DNA of 64,000 nucleotides, from positions 1,824,001 to 1,888,000 of the forward strand of contig OZ245046.1 of the NCBI GenBank assembly GCA_965224245.1. Direction: 5' to 3'. Both the position numbers and the translations under genes were made by a program. The notes under the pieces were generated by a model. The model saw nothing but the letters and a program-made list of their open reading frames with translations. It made no database searches and was not told where the DNA came from. Positions 1-9,505 of the stretch are shown here, piece by piece. Source of the DNA: Candidatus Eiseniibacteriota bacterium (lineage in GTDB: Bacteria > Eisenbacteria > RBG-16-71-46 > CAZAMP01). The first letter of the stretch is position 1. Each line of letters begins with the position of its first letter.

Positions 1-408
1 GAGCCGGTGGAGCCGCAGGCGCTCTTCGCGCGACTGGACGACGGCGCGCGTCTCGGCATCGCCGACCCGGGCGTGCCGGCCGGCGAGTACGCGCGGGCCG
101 CGCTCGATCGCCTCGGCGTGCTTCGCGATCTCGAGCGCCGCCTCGTGGGCCAGAAGGACGTACGCGCGGTCCTGCACGCCGTCGAGCAGGGCGAGCTGGT
201 GGCCGGGTTCGTCTACGCCACCGACGCCGCGGTCGCCGACGTGATCGTGCTGTTCGCGTTCGACGCCGCCACGCATCCCGCGATCGAGTACCAGGCCGTG
301 GTGCCCCGTGAAGCCGAGAGCCCGGAGCTCGCTCGCCGCTTTCTCGTCTACCTCCGAAGCGACAGCGCGCGAGCCGTGCTCACCCGCGCCGGCTTCGACG
401 CACCCTGA
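1..408 (+). CDS. modA: Molybdate ABC transporter substrate-binding protein (5' truncated by window edge)
   Basis: IADPGVPAGEYA, DVRAVLHAVEQGE, GFVYATDA and HPAIEY motifs; upstream of modB and modC. Confidence 0.92.
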   Translation, partial: EPVEPQALFARLDDGARLGIADPGVPAGEYARAALDRLGVLRDLERRLVGQKDVRAVLHAVEQGELVAGFVYATDAAVADVIVLFAFDAATHPAIEYQAVVPREAESPELARRFLVYLRSDSARAVLTRAGFDAP

Positions 409-415
409 AGACCCC

Positions 416-1093
416 ATGACGACCACGGCCGAGCTCGACGTCGTTCTGCTCTCGGTTCGGGTGGCGGCACTGGCGGTGATCGCCAGCCTGATCCCCGGCA
501 TCCTCGTCGGGTGGCTCCTGGCGCGCTGGACCCATCCGCTTCGCGCGCTGGTTCAGGGCGTCGTGATGTTGCCGCTCGTGCTTCCTCCGGTCGTGACCGG
601 GTACCTCTTGCTCTTCGCCTTCGGTCGGAGCCGCCCGCTCGGCCAGGCCTGGCACGCGCTCACCGGCGGACATCTGGCGTACACGACGACGGCGTGCGTG
701 ATCGCGGCGGCCGTCGTGGGCTTCCCGCTCCTGGTCGAGGCGATCCGCCTCTCGATGCTGGGCGTCGACCGCCGCCTCGAGGACGTCTCGCGGAGCCTGG
801 GTCGCGGTCGCATCGACACGTTCGTCCGGATCACGCTCCCCCTCGCGATGCCCGGGCTCAGCGCGGGCGCCGTGCTCGCGTTCGCGCGCGCCCTGGGAGA
901 GTTCGGCGCGACGATCGTGCTGGCCGGGAACATCGCGGGTGAGACGCGTACGGTACCGATCGCGGTGTACACGCTCCTGAACGTACGCGGCGGTGAGGAT
1001 GCCGTGGTGCGCCTGGTGGCCCTGAGCGTCGCGCTCTCGCTGGCGGCGCTGCTGGTCTCGTTCCGACTCTCCGCGCGGCAGAGGCGGGCGTGA
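416..1093 (+). CDS. modB: Molybdate ABC transporter permease
   Basis: LPLVLPPVVTGYLLL, FARALGEFGATIVLAGNIAGETRT; start taken at ATG 416 just after the modA stop. Confidence 0.95.
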   Translation: MTTTAELDVVLLSVRVAALAVIASLIPGILVGWLLARWTHPLRALVQGVVMLPLVLPPVVTGYLLLFAFGRSRPLGQAWHALTGGHLAYTTTACVIAAAVVGFPLLVEAIRLSMLGVDRRLEDVSRSLGRGRIDTFVRITLPLAMPGLSAGAVLAFARALGEFGATIVLAGNIAGETRTVPIAVYTLLNVRGGEDAVVRLVALSVALSLAALLVSFRLSARQRRA

Positions 1094-2166
1094 TGCTGGA
1101 GCTTCGGGTCCGCCACCGCTTTCGCGCGTTCTCGCTGGATCTGGAGATGTCCTCGTCGGGGCCGGTGCTCGGGATCTTCGGACCGTCGGGCAGCGGCAAG
1201 ACGACGCTCCTCCACACGATCGCGGGTCTCCTCCGCCCGCACGCGGCCCGCGTCGTGGCCGGCGGCCGTGAGGTGTGCGCGGTACCGCGCGGGTCGTGGA
1301 TGCCGCCCGAGAAACGACGCCTGGCGCTGGTGACCCAGGATCCCCTGCTGTTCCCCCATCGCAGCGTCCGTGACAACCTGACCTACGCGCCGGGCGCGGC
1401 CGCCCGCCTGGAGAGCGAACGGGGTCGGCGCGTCCTGGGCGTGCTCCGGATCGGGTCGCTGCTGGAACGCGGGACCCACAACCTCTCCGGAGGCGAGCGC
1501 CAGCGCGTCGCGCTCGGTCGCGCCCTCCTGGCCGATCCCCTGCTGCTACTCCTGGACGAGCCCACGAGCTCGCTCGACGCCGAGCTGTCACGCGACGTGC
1601 TCGGCCTCCTGCTCCACGTCAAGCGCGAGCTCGGCGTGCCGATGGTGTTCGTGACCCACCGCGCGCCCGAGCTCCTGGCGCTGGCCGACGACTGCGTCGT
1701 GCTCGACACCGGTCGGCTGGTCACGCAGGGGCCGCCGGTGCGCGTTCTGCGGCGTCCCAGCACGCTCGGGGTGGCGTCGCTGGTCGGGGTGGACAACCTC
1801 CTGTGCCTGCCCGTCGTCGATCACGACGAGTCCGGGGGCGTCACGCGACTCGACCTGGGCTCGGGGCTCTCGCTGTCGGCGCCGTTCTGCGACGTGCCCG
1901 CGGGAACGATGCTCGATGTCGGTCTCTACGCCGACGAGGTTCTGATCTGTCTGGAGACCCCGACCGGCATCTCCGCCCGGAACGTGCTTCCGGGCCGGGT
2001 GCTCGCACTGGATGGCGTGGGCCGCGAGGTGCTGGCGACCCTTCGCGTCGGCAAGGTGTCGATCTCCGCACGACTGACGCCCGCCGCGACGCGGGAGCTG
2101 CAGCTCCGCGAGGGCTCACGCGTGATGGTGATCGTCAAGACCGCGTCGATCCACCGGCTGAGCTGA
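1090..2166 (+). CDS. modC: Molybdate ABC transporter ATP-binding protein with C-terminal TOBE/Mop domain
   Basis: Walker A GPSGSGKT, LSGGERQR, LLLDEP, C-terminal ISARNVL; GTGA overlap with modB. Confidence 0.93.
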   Translation: MMLELRVRHRFRAFSLDLEMSSSGPVLGIFGPSGSGKTTLLHTIAGLLRPHAARVVAGGREVCAVPRGSWMPPEKRRLALVTQDPLLFPHRSVRDNLTYAPGAAARLESERGRRVLGVLRIGSLLERGTHNLSGGERQRVALGRALLADPLLLLLDEPTSSLDAELSRDVLGLLLHVKRELGVPMVFVTHRAPELLALADDCVVLDTGRLVTQGPPVRVLRRPSTLGVASLVGVDNLLCLPVVDHDESGGVTRLDLGSGLSLSAPFCDVPAGTMLDVGLYADEVLICLETPTGISARNVLPGRVLALDGVGREVLATLRVGKVSISARLTPAATRELQLREGSRVMVIVKTASIHRLS

Positions 2167-2310
2167 CCGACGATGAGGTCACCGACGTGTGGCATCGTCC
2201 GGTCCGCGACGCTCGCGAGCGGGTTTCCGGCCGTGACTCCGGTACGCGCGTCGGTCACAATGCGGCGACCACGCCGAGCGGCAGTCGCCGTCGATCGAGG
2301 AGTCCACGCG

Positions 2311-2997
2311 ATGTCAATCCGCCCCCACACGTCGGCTCCGGTGATCATCGCCGGCATCGTCGCCGTCCTGCTTGCGAGCGGATGCAGCTCGACGCGATCG
2401 GTCGGTGTGAGTCCCTCGGGCTTTCTGGGTGATCTGTCGAGTCTACAGGTCGTCGACGCCGAGACCGGAGGCGAGGTTCTCGTGAGCGAGCCGGGCGTGC
2501 TCGGGCGATACGATCGGTTCCTCCTGGACCCCGTGGTCATCGTGTTCGCCGACGACACCCCGGCCCGGGCGATCGATCCCGAGGACCTGGCGCGATTGAC
2601 CGCGTCTCTTCGCGCGACGGTCGCGGACGCGCTGCGCGACGGGAACTACGACGTCGTCGAGTCGCCCGGACCGCGCGTGCTCCGGATCCGGGCCGCTCTG
2701 ACCCGGGTCGATCCGTCACGGCCGGCGGTGAACGTGGCCGGGAAGGCCGCGGGCGCCGCCGCGGGGGTCGGTGGGTTCGTCGTTCCCGGCATCGACCTAG
2801 GTGGAGCTTCGATCGAGGCGGAGATGATCGACTCCGACACGGGCGTCCGGGTCGCCGCCTATCTCGATGCGCGTCGCGGACGACGATTCGGAGGCACGGT
2901 CGACGCGGCCCGCAAGTGGGGCCACGCCGAGGAGGCATTCGGCATCTGGGCCTCCGAGCTTCGAGGCCGCCTCGATCGGCTCCGGCGGGAGCGCTAG
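2311..2997 (+). CDS. DUF3313-like lipoprotein
   Basis: GAGGAG RBS before ATG 2311; lipobox LASGC; SGFLGDLSSL and VLRIRAALT...ASIEAEMIDSDTG pattern. Confidence 0.75.
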   Translation: MSIRPHTSAPVIIAGIVAVLLASGCSSTRSVGVSPSGFLGDLSSLQVVDAETGGEVLVSEPGVLGRYDRFLLDPVVIVFADDTPARAIDPEDLARLTASLRATVADALRDGNYDVVESPGPRVLRIRAALTRVDPSRPAVNVAGKAAGAAAGVGGFVVPGIDLGGASIEAEMIDSDTGVRVAAYLDARRGRRFGGTVDAARKWGHAEEAFGIWASELRGRLDRLRRER

Positions 2998-3003
2998 GTC
3001 CCC

Positions 3004-3429
3004 GTGATCCTCGTGATCCCCGCGATCGTGGTCCTGGTCGGCGCGGCGATCGCCATCCATTACGAGACGCTTCGGCTGGCATCCCGCACCTGGCCCGGCG
3101 GGACCCGACGCCCCCGCCTCGTCGTGATCGGCGGCGTCGGGCTCGCGCTGGTCGCGCACGTGCTCGAAGTGTGGGTGTTCGCGATCGGCTACTTTCTCCT
3201 GTCGCGCATTCGGGAGGCGGGAACGCTCGGGGGCGAGTTCACCGGTGCGTTCCTCGACTGCACCTACTACTCCTTCGTCGTGTACACGTCGCTCGGCTTC
3301 GGAGACGTGACCCCGGAGGGACCCATTCGCCTCCTGACCGGCATGGAAGCGCTGACGGGACTGGTGCTCGTGGCGTGGACGGCCTCGTTCATGTTCCTGC
3401 AGCTTCGATCGCAGTGGACCGCCGACTAG
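3004..3429 (+). CDS. Small ion channel protein (Ion_trans_2 / potassium channel family)
   Basis: Pore segment YYSFVVYTSLGFGDVTP flanked by TM helices; EALTGL. Confidence 0.85.
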   Translation: MILVIPAIVVLVGAAIAIHYETLRLASRTWPGGTRRPRLVVIGGVGLALVAHVLEVWVFAIGYFLLSRIREAGTLGGEFTGAFLDCTYYSFVVYTSLGFGDVTPEGPIRLLTGMEALTGLVLVAWTASFMFLQLRSQWTAD

Positions 3430-3458
3430 CCGAGAGCACCCCGACGCGGGGCGACGAC

Positions 3459-4814
3459 TCAGCGCACGTCGAAACGGGTCACGTGTCGGGCCATCAAGAC
3501 CGGCTCTGACTCCTCGGCCGGAACCCCCAGATACTCGGCCACCGACGACACGAGGCGCGAGTAGTACACCTCCGCCGTCACCTCGACGGGTCCCGGCGCC
3601 AGCCCATCGGGCAACATCCACGTATACGTCTCGTTCCGGGCTGCGAGCGGCGGCAGACGGTAGTCCGGCCCGAAGCTCGCCGTGTTCCATTGCGCGATCG
3701 TCATCCGTCCCTCGGGGTCGAGGTACGGAAGCCGGTAGATCCGATCCCCCTCGGGCACGTCGCCGTCGCGGCGCAGCCCCGCGAAGTCCGGCTCCCCTCG
3801 GATCTCGCCGATGTCCTGGTAGGCGCGCGCGGTCGGCGAGGCGATCGTGTAGGCCTCACCCTCGAAGCCTTTCGGATCCACGTGCAGGTGATACGTCCGG
3901 CCCTCGGCGTCGGTCGCCTCGACGTGCAGCCACACGACGCGCTCCTCGGCCGACCCCGACGGGATCATGTGGCCGGCCTTGGCATTCACGACCGTCGCGA
4001 CGAGGCGGACGTCGTCGCCCGAACGCGCCATCGGCTCGGTCGCGTGGATCCGCACCTCGACCGCGCCCGCGAGCTTGCCCGGATCGTGGGCGCCGTGGAA
4101 GAGATGCTGACGCACGTCCGGATGCACGTCGCCGTCGAGCACGCTCACGCCCTCCGCCCTCGGCATGTGGCAGTCCTGGCAGACGATGTTCGCCTCGGCG
4201 TACGGGCTCTCCTTCCACTCCAGGTGCGTGGCCTTGACCCGCTGTCCGAAGGGGTCCTTCTCGTTGTGGCAGGTCCCGCAGAGCTCGGCGGACGCGAGAA
4301 AGTCGTTCCTCACGATGTCGTGGTAGTCGCTCCGTCCGGTTCCGCGCGCGCCCTGCTTGGCCTCACCCGGCTCGATCACGTAGTTGAAGTTGAACGGTAC
4401 GTCCCCGTCGAAGCCGGTGATGCTGTGGCACACCTCACAGCTGACGCCCTCGTTGGCGCGGGTTTCGCCGGAGGGACGGCTCGGTGGGATGTCCCCGGCC
4501 AGGAAGGCCAGCGGCGCGTGGCAGCCGTTGCACCCGGCCTCGATCTCGGCGACCTTCGGCTCGGTCTGACTGTGGGGATAGGCGAGCTCGAAGTACTCGA
4601 TCTCGTCCCAGTGATGCGTGAACGACTGCGACATCAGATTCTGCTCGTGCTGTCGCGCGATGTCGACGTGACACTCCGCGCAGACGTCCGGGGTGTCGAA
4701 CCGGTCGTACGGATGCGACCCGAGCTCGGCGGCCGGGGCCGAAGACGCAAGAGCCGTGAGAGAGACGAGCGCCACCGGGAGAGCGAGGCGGCGCGAACGA
4801 ACGTGGCGGAACAT
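3459..4814 (-). CDS. Exported pentaheme c-type cytochrome (c554/c552-like) with C-terminal beta domain
   Basis: Signal peptide; five CxxCH motifs (CAECH, CNGCH, CEVCH, CGTCH, CQDCH); AGHMIPSGS motif. Confidence 0.88.
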   Translation of the reverse strand: MFRHVRSRRLALPVALVSLTALASSAPAAELGSHPYDRFDTPDVCAECHVDIARQHEQNLMSQSFTHHWDEIEYFELAYPHSQTEPKVAEIEAGCNGCHAPLAFLAGDIPPSRPSGETRANEGVSCEVCHSITGFDGDVPFNFNYVIEPGEAKQGARGTGRSDYHDIVRNDFLASAELCGTCHNEKDPFGQRVKATHLEWKESPYAEANIVCQDCHMPRAEGVSVLDGDVHPDVRQHLFHGAHDPGKLAGAVEVRIHATEPMARSGDDVRLVATVVNAKAGHMIPSGSAEERVVWLHVEATDAEGRTYHLHVDPKGFEGEAYTIASPTARAYQDIGEIRGEPDFAGLRRDGDVPEGDRIYRLPYLDPEGRMTIAQWNTASFGPDYRLPPLAARNETYTWMLPDGLAPGPVEVTAEVYYSRLVSSVAEYLGVPAEESEPVLMARHVTRFDVR

Positions 4815-5039
4815 GGTGACCTCCGCGTGTTGTCGCCCGAAGAGCCGAGCACGCTAGCACCGCCCGGACGGAGGTTCAACGGTGCGGTCCGTGGGCGGTG
4901 CGCCGAGGTTCCGTGATGATCCGCGGTCTGGCCCGACGCGCGGCCAGCCCCGGCCCGCGGATTGGAATCACGTTCACATCGCCGCCCTCGCGCGCCGTCG
5001 ATTGATGCACATACATCATTGTGCTCGCCTCGCGATCCC

Positions 5040-5055
5040 TGGCAGCGTTTTGGCG
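5040..5055 (+). promoter_or_regulatory. Possible sigma-54 promoter for the large secreted protein
   Basis: TGGCAGCGTTTTGGCG has GG-N10-GC spacing; TGATG-N6-CATCA inverted repeat about 25 bp upstream. Confidence 0.35.
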
Positions 5056-5117
5056 CGCCCGCAAGTGCCGCCGCACACACGCGCCCGCCGTGCGGCCCAA
5101 CAGACGGAGCGTGCGCC

Positions 5118-8100
5118 ATGAACCCTGCGCTCACCACGTCCGTCGTCGCGACGGCGACGTTTCTCCTCGCGTCGGTCGGATACGCCAACGGGCTCGTCAA
5201 CAAGGACTCACCCCCTCGGGTCCAGAACACGCCCAGCCTGGCGCTGAACCCGACGTTCACGCAGCAGATGTGTGCGGCTTACGTGGACGATCCCGGTGCG
5301 CTCAACGGGATCGGCACGAGCTTCAGCATCGACGGTGGCATCACGTGGATCGACAGCTACACCCCGATCCCCTCGATCATCGGGAACGAGTACGACCCCA
5401 GCCTGGTCTTCGATCCGGCCGGCTCGGTGCTCGTCGGCTTCTGCACGTACGACGCTCTGATCCCGTCACAGTCGGGCATCATGTGCGCGTTCTCGTTCGA
5501 TGGGGGCCAGAACTTCGCGCTTCCGGCTCCGATCTTCATGGGCACCGGACCGATGGGCACGATTCCCTTCGAGGTCAAGCCCAAGCTGGAGCTGGATGAC
5601 CATCCGACGAGCCCATACATGGGAACGGTGTACGGCATCTGGGAGCGAGACCTCACGAACTGGATCAACAGTCAAGCCTGCTTCTCGTGGGCACCCGCGG
5701 TCGGGGCTCCCTGGACGGCCCCTCCGACCGTGCTGAACGACGCTCCCGCGGGTGCCTGGCTGACGCTGTGGCCCGATCTCGCGGTGGGACCCGACGGACG
5801 CGTGTTCGGGGGCTGGCTCGACACCCCGTACTGGATGCAGCACCAGGGCGCGATCTACGTGGACTCCTCTCCGGACGCCGGCATGACCTGGGGACGCGAC
5901 GTCCCCGCGGTCACCTTCTGGGCGGTGCCCCAGACGTTCACCGACGTCACGGGCATCCCCACCTACACCGCGATGAGCTACCCGTCGATCGAGGTGGATC
6001 CATCCAATCCCCTGCGGGTCTGTGTCGTGTATGCGGCCGATCCGGACGACGGGACGACGATGGAGACGCGGATCGACAGAGGCGATCAGCCGCCCGGCAC
6101 GGCGGACGTACAGTTCCTGCATCCGTTCAACGGCGCCACGCAGATGGCGGCGGAGAACGGCTGGGTGCACACCGTCTGGGTCGACTATCGCGCGGGCTAC
6201 GGTGACGTGTACGCGTGCCGCTCTCAGACCGGGATCGCGACGTGGCCGTATCCCGACGTCCTGCTGAGCACGCTGGCTCCCCCGCTCCACACGGGCTCGA
6301 ACAACGCGAACGTCGCGACCAGCGGCAACGACGTCTACGTCGTGTGGGACGAGTGGAACGGGGTCGACTTCGCCAATCTCATCTTCTTGAACCGCTCCGC
6401 GGACAACGGTCAGACCTGGCTTCCGACCCCCCTCGCGCTCGACCATCAGGGGCGCACGGCCGCTCAGCCGATCGTGGTGAGCTCGGGATCCAACGTGTGC
6501 GTCGTGTGGGAGGCATTCAGCACAACGGGCGTCCGGGAGATCCGGTCCAATCGTTCGATCGACCGGGGAGTGACCTGGCTCAATCCGGAGATCCGTCTTC
6601 CGACACCGGCCGGTGTCGATGCGTTCTGGCCCCACGTCGCGTCGAGCGGGTCGATGGTCCATGCCGTCTGGTATGAGGATGCGGGGGGCGGCAACTCCGA
6701 CGTCTACGCGAGTCGCTCCACGGACGCCGGCCTGACCTGGTCGACACCGACGCGCCTCAACCAGCCCATTCCGACCATTCGCTTCGGTCCGAAGGTCGCC
6801 TGCACACCCACGGGGCAGGTCTACGTCACGTGGGTCGACAAGCGGGTCAACGGGGTCGAGAATCCGTACTTCACCATGTCGCCGGACTTCGGACTGAGCT
6901 GGACGCCCGACGTCCGGATCAACGTCGGTGTCGCCACACCCGGAACGACGATCGATCGTGACTCCCAGATCGCCTGCAACGGAAGCGACGTCTACGTGGT
7001 CTACACGAGCGATCGCCTGGGGACGGTCGGGGCCGGCCCGACCGATGCCTTCTGCGCGCACTCCGCCGATGGCGGCATGACGTGGACGGACACCCGCCTC
7101 GACACCGGTGACAGCGGCGGGCAGTGGTTCGCGGCGCTACCACGCATCAGCGTCGATGGCACCTACGTCTACGTCGTCTGGCAGGACGATCGCAACTCCC
7201 CGACGCCGCTGGGTACGTTCGACATCTACGGCACGTACTCCGTCGACGGTGGCGCGACGTGGCTGGTCCCCGACTATCGGATCGACATGGGCGACCCGCC
7301 GGGATCGTCGAGCTCGACGACACCGCACGTCGCGTCCGACTACACCGGACCGTACTACGGGTGGGAGGACGACCGGCGCGGACAGGGCGACGTGTACGTC
7401 AACCAGTACCGGACGGGACCGGACCAGGGAGACATCTTCTTCATCGAGTCTCTCGATGCCGGGCTGACCTGGTCCAACCCCCTCCGCGTCAACGACGACG
7501 TGGGCACGAACGACCAGTGCAAGCCGTGGCTCGACATCAAGCCCGCCGGCACCGTCGACGTGGTGTGGTACGACACCCGCATGGACCCCAACGACCGGAT
7601 CCTCGACGTGTTCTTCGCCGCGTACCAGCCCGGGGCGCCGGCATTCACGGCCAACGTCCCGCTCAACACGGCGCCGATCGTTCCCCCACCGTTCCCGGCG
7701 CCGGGACTCGGCGACTACATCTGGGTCGACGTGGACACGACGATGGCTCACGTCGTGTGGACCGACACGCGGCGGCCGGCGGACGCGGGGCTCGGTGACA
7801 TCTACTACGTGGCCGTCGAGAACCCCGAGCCCCTGGGCGCGGACAGTGGGGGATCCTCGTCGGAGATGCCGTCCCTGCCGTATCTCCACGCAGCGAGCCC
7901 GAACCCGTTCCGGGCCGACGCCGAGCTGACGTTCCTGCTGCCGGAGAGAATGCACGTACGGGTATCGATCTACGACGCCGTTGCTCGTCACGTGGTGACG
8001 CTCGTCGAGGAGCCCCGCGACGCGGGGACGCAGACGGTTCGATGGGACGGGTGCAATCAGAGCGGCGCGCGCGTGTCGCCGGGCGTGTACTTCTCGCGAC

Positions 8101-8150
8101 TCGAGGCGGGCGGCGTCGTTCGCGTTCGGAAGATCGTGCTCGTGAAGTGA
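5118..8150 (+). CDS. Large secreted BNR/Asp-box repeat (sialidase-fold) protein with C-terminal FlgD-Ig / T9SS-type sorting domain
   Basis: Signal peptide from ATG 5118; many SxDxGxTW repeats; C-terminal PNPF...IYD...WDG...SPGVYFSRL...KIVLVK. Confidence 0.85.
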   Translation: MNPALTTSVVATATFLLASVGYANGLVNKDSPPRVQNTPSLALNPTFTQQMCAAYVDDPGALNGIGTSFSIDGGITWIDSYTPIPSIIGNEYDPSLVFDPAGSVLVGFCTYDALIPSQSGIMCAFSFDGGQNFALPAPIFMGTGPMGTIPFEVKPKLELDDHPTSPYMGTVYGIWERDLTNWINSQACFSWAPAVGAPWTAPPTVLNDAPAGAWLTLWPDLAVGPDGRVFGGWLDTPYWMQHQGAIYVDSSPDAGMTWGRDVPAVTFWAVPQTFTDVTGIPTYTAMSYPSIEVDPSNPLRVCVVYAADPDDGTTMETRIDRGDQPPGTADVQFLHPFNGATQMAAENGWVHTVWVDYRAGYGDVYACRSQTGIATWPYPDVLLSTLAPPLHTGSNNANVATSGNDVYVVWDEWNGVDFANLIFLNRSADNGQTWLPTPLALDHQGRTAAQPIVVSSGSNVCVVWEAFSTTGVREIRSNRSIDRGVTWLNPEIRLPTPAGVDAFWPHVASSGSMVHAVWYEDAGGGNSDVYASRSTDAGLTWSTPTRLNQPIPTIRFGPKVACTPTGQVYVTWVDKRVNGVENPYFTMSPDFGLSWTPDVRINVGVATPGTTIDRDSQIACNGSDVYVVYTSDRLGTVGAGPTDAFCAHSADGGMTWTDTRLDTGDSGGQWFAALPRISVDGTYVYVVWQDDRNSPTPLGTFDIYGTYSVDGGATWLVPDYRIDMGDPPGSSSSTTPHVASDYTGPYYGWEDDRRGQGDVYVNQYRTGPDQGDIFFIESLDAGLTWSNPLRVNDDVGTNDQCKPWLDIKPAGTVDVVWYDTRMDPNDRILDVFFAAYQPGAPAFTANVPLNTAPIVPPPFPAPGLGDYIWVDVDTTMAHVVWTDTRRPADAGLGDIYYVAVENPEPLGADSGGSSSEMPSLPYLHAASPNPFRADAELTFLLPERMHVRVSIYDAVARHVVTLVEEPRDAGTQTVRWDGCNQSGARVSPGVYFSRLEAGGVVRVRKIVLVK

Positions 8151-8172
8151 CGGGCCACCGTGTCGTGGCGGC

Positions 8173-8205
8173 GGCGCGGCCGGGAGTCGACTCCCGCGCC
8201 GCGCC
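8173..8205. terminator. GC-rich hairpin between convergent genes
   Basis: GGCGCGGC-CGGGAGTCGACTCCCG-C-GCCGCGCC inverted repeat; no U-tract. Confidence 0.45.
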
Positions 8206-8217
8206 GGCGTCGTGGGA

Positions 8218-8586
8218 TCAGACGCTGAGCGTGGCCGCGCCCGCACGAATGAGCTCGTGCATCGCGGAGGCTCCCACGACCGTCACCGACTCGAGCAGAT
8301 CGTCCGGCGTGTAGCCGCGGACGCCCGCACAGGGCGGACACACGAGCACCTGGCCGCCGGCCGCGATCATGCCCTGGATCATGTCCTTCATCGGAGGATC
8401 GAGGGGGTTCAGTCGGGCCACCTCGGCGGCGCCCTTTCGCACCCAGTCCACTCCGGAGCTGGCAAGGAACACCGTGACCTCGAGACCGGACGCGATACCG
8501 GAGTTGGCGACGCTCCACCCCACCGATGCGCGCTCGTCGTCCATGCCACGCGTGATCATCACGACCAGCTTCTTGCTCTCTGACAT
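8218..8586 (-). CDS. DsrE/DsrF-like family protein
   Basis: VTVFLASSGVDWVRKG, VLVCPPCAGVRG, VVGA motif; AAGGAG RBS before ATG 8586. Confidence 0.85.
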   Translation of the reverse strand: MSESKKLVVMITRGMDDERASVGWSVANSGIASGLEVTVFLASSGVDWVRKGAAEVARLNPLDPPMKDMIQGMIAAGGQVLVCPPCAGVRGYTPDDLLESVTVVGASAMHELIRAGAATLSV

Positions 8587-8753
8587 CTTGGAACTCCTTG
8601 CCTGGGAAGCAGTGATGGTGTCGTCGCGCCGCGGTGCGCCGCGCGACGTCTCTCGGAAGGTCCATTCGAGATCGGTGCCGGAAACCTGCAATCGCACCCC
8701 GGGACAATCGAGGTCAGGGCCGGGCCCCACGCCGGACTAGGGGCGGCGAGCGG

Positions 8754-9281
8754 CTAGTTCGCGCCGGGCCCGGCGGGCTCGTCGTTCTCGGACCAGTGCG
8801 CATGCGTGAGTCGCCATCCGTCGTCGCGACGGATCCAGATCTCGGTCCCGCGCGCCTTGATGTCCGCTCCCTTCTTCCACTGCACGCGCATCGCGTACGT
8901 GTGCCACGCGACGTCCCCGTTCACGACGACCTGATTGGCCGACTCGTCGAGCCACTCGGCCGCCCCCACGCGCGACCACATCTGCTCGAGGCCCCACTCG
9001 ACCACGGAGATCGACTCGAAGTCCAGCGTGCCCCGGGGGTGGAACAGCCTCAGGTCCTCCGAGTCGTCCAGGAGACGGGTCACGTGCTCGACCTTCATGG
9101 TCGAGTACGCCTTCATCAGCCGCTCGTGGGCGGCCCGAACCGCCTGTCGGTCCGCCTCCAGCGCGTCGTCCGACGCGGCGCCCCGGGCGGAGGCCACGAG
9201 GCCCCCGAGAACCCCGATGACGATGAGCAGGCCGACCGTGCCCGCCGCGACGGCTCGCCAGGTCCAGAAGATGCGTCGCAT
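8754..9281 (-). CDS. Exported NTF2/SnoaL-like (DUF4440) protein
   Basis: Signal peptide; VVVNGDVAW, RGTEIWIRRDDGWRLTHAHWS; GGAGGAG RBS before ATG 9281. Confidence 0.8.
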   Translation of the reverse strand: MRRIFWTWRAVAAGTVGLLIVIGVLGGLVASARGAASDDALEADRQAVRAAHERLMKAYSTMKVEHVTRLLDDSEDLRLFHPRGTLDFESISVVEWGLEQMWSRVGAAEWLDESANQVVVNGDVAWHTYAMRVQWKKGADIKARGTEIWIRRDDGWRLTHAHWSENDEPAGPGAN

Positions 9282-9505
9282 GTACTCCTCCATCCGGAGA
9301 TCGACTCGGGTCCGGGCGGACGGTCCATCGGGCGGCCGCGCCGGTGGGACGAGACCAACGCTAACCCCTCGCCGGCGGCGCGATCCAGCGATTTGGGTCG
9401 TTGGCGCGCGGCCCGGCGCCGATCCGCCCGCGGCCTTGCGTCGAGGGTAATGTCCAGATATATTTCTCATCATAGAGTCGCACGACCGCAGCAAGGAGGT
9501 TCCGT

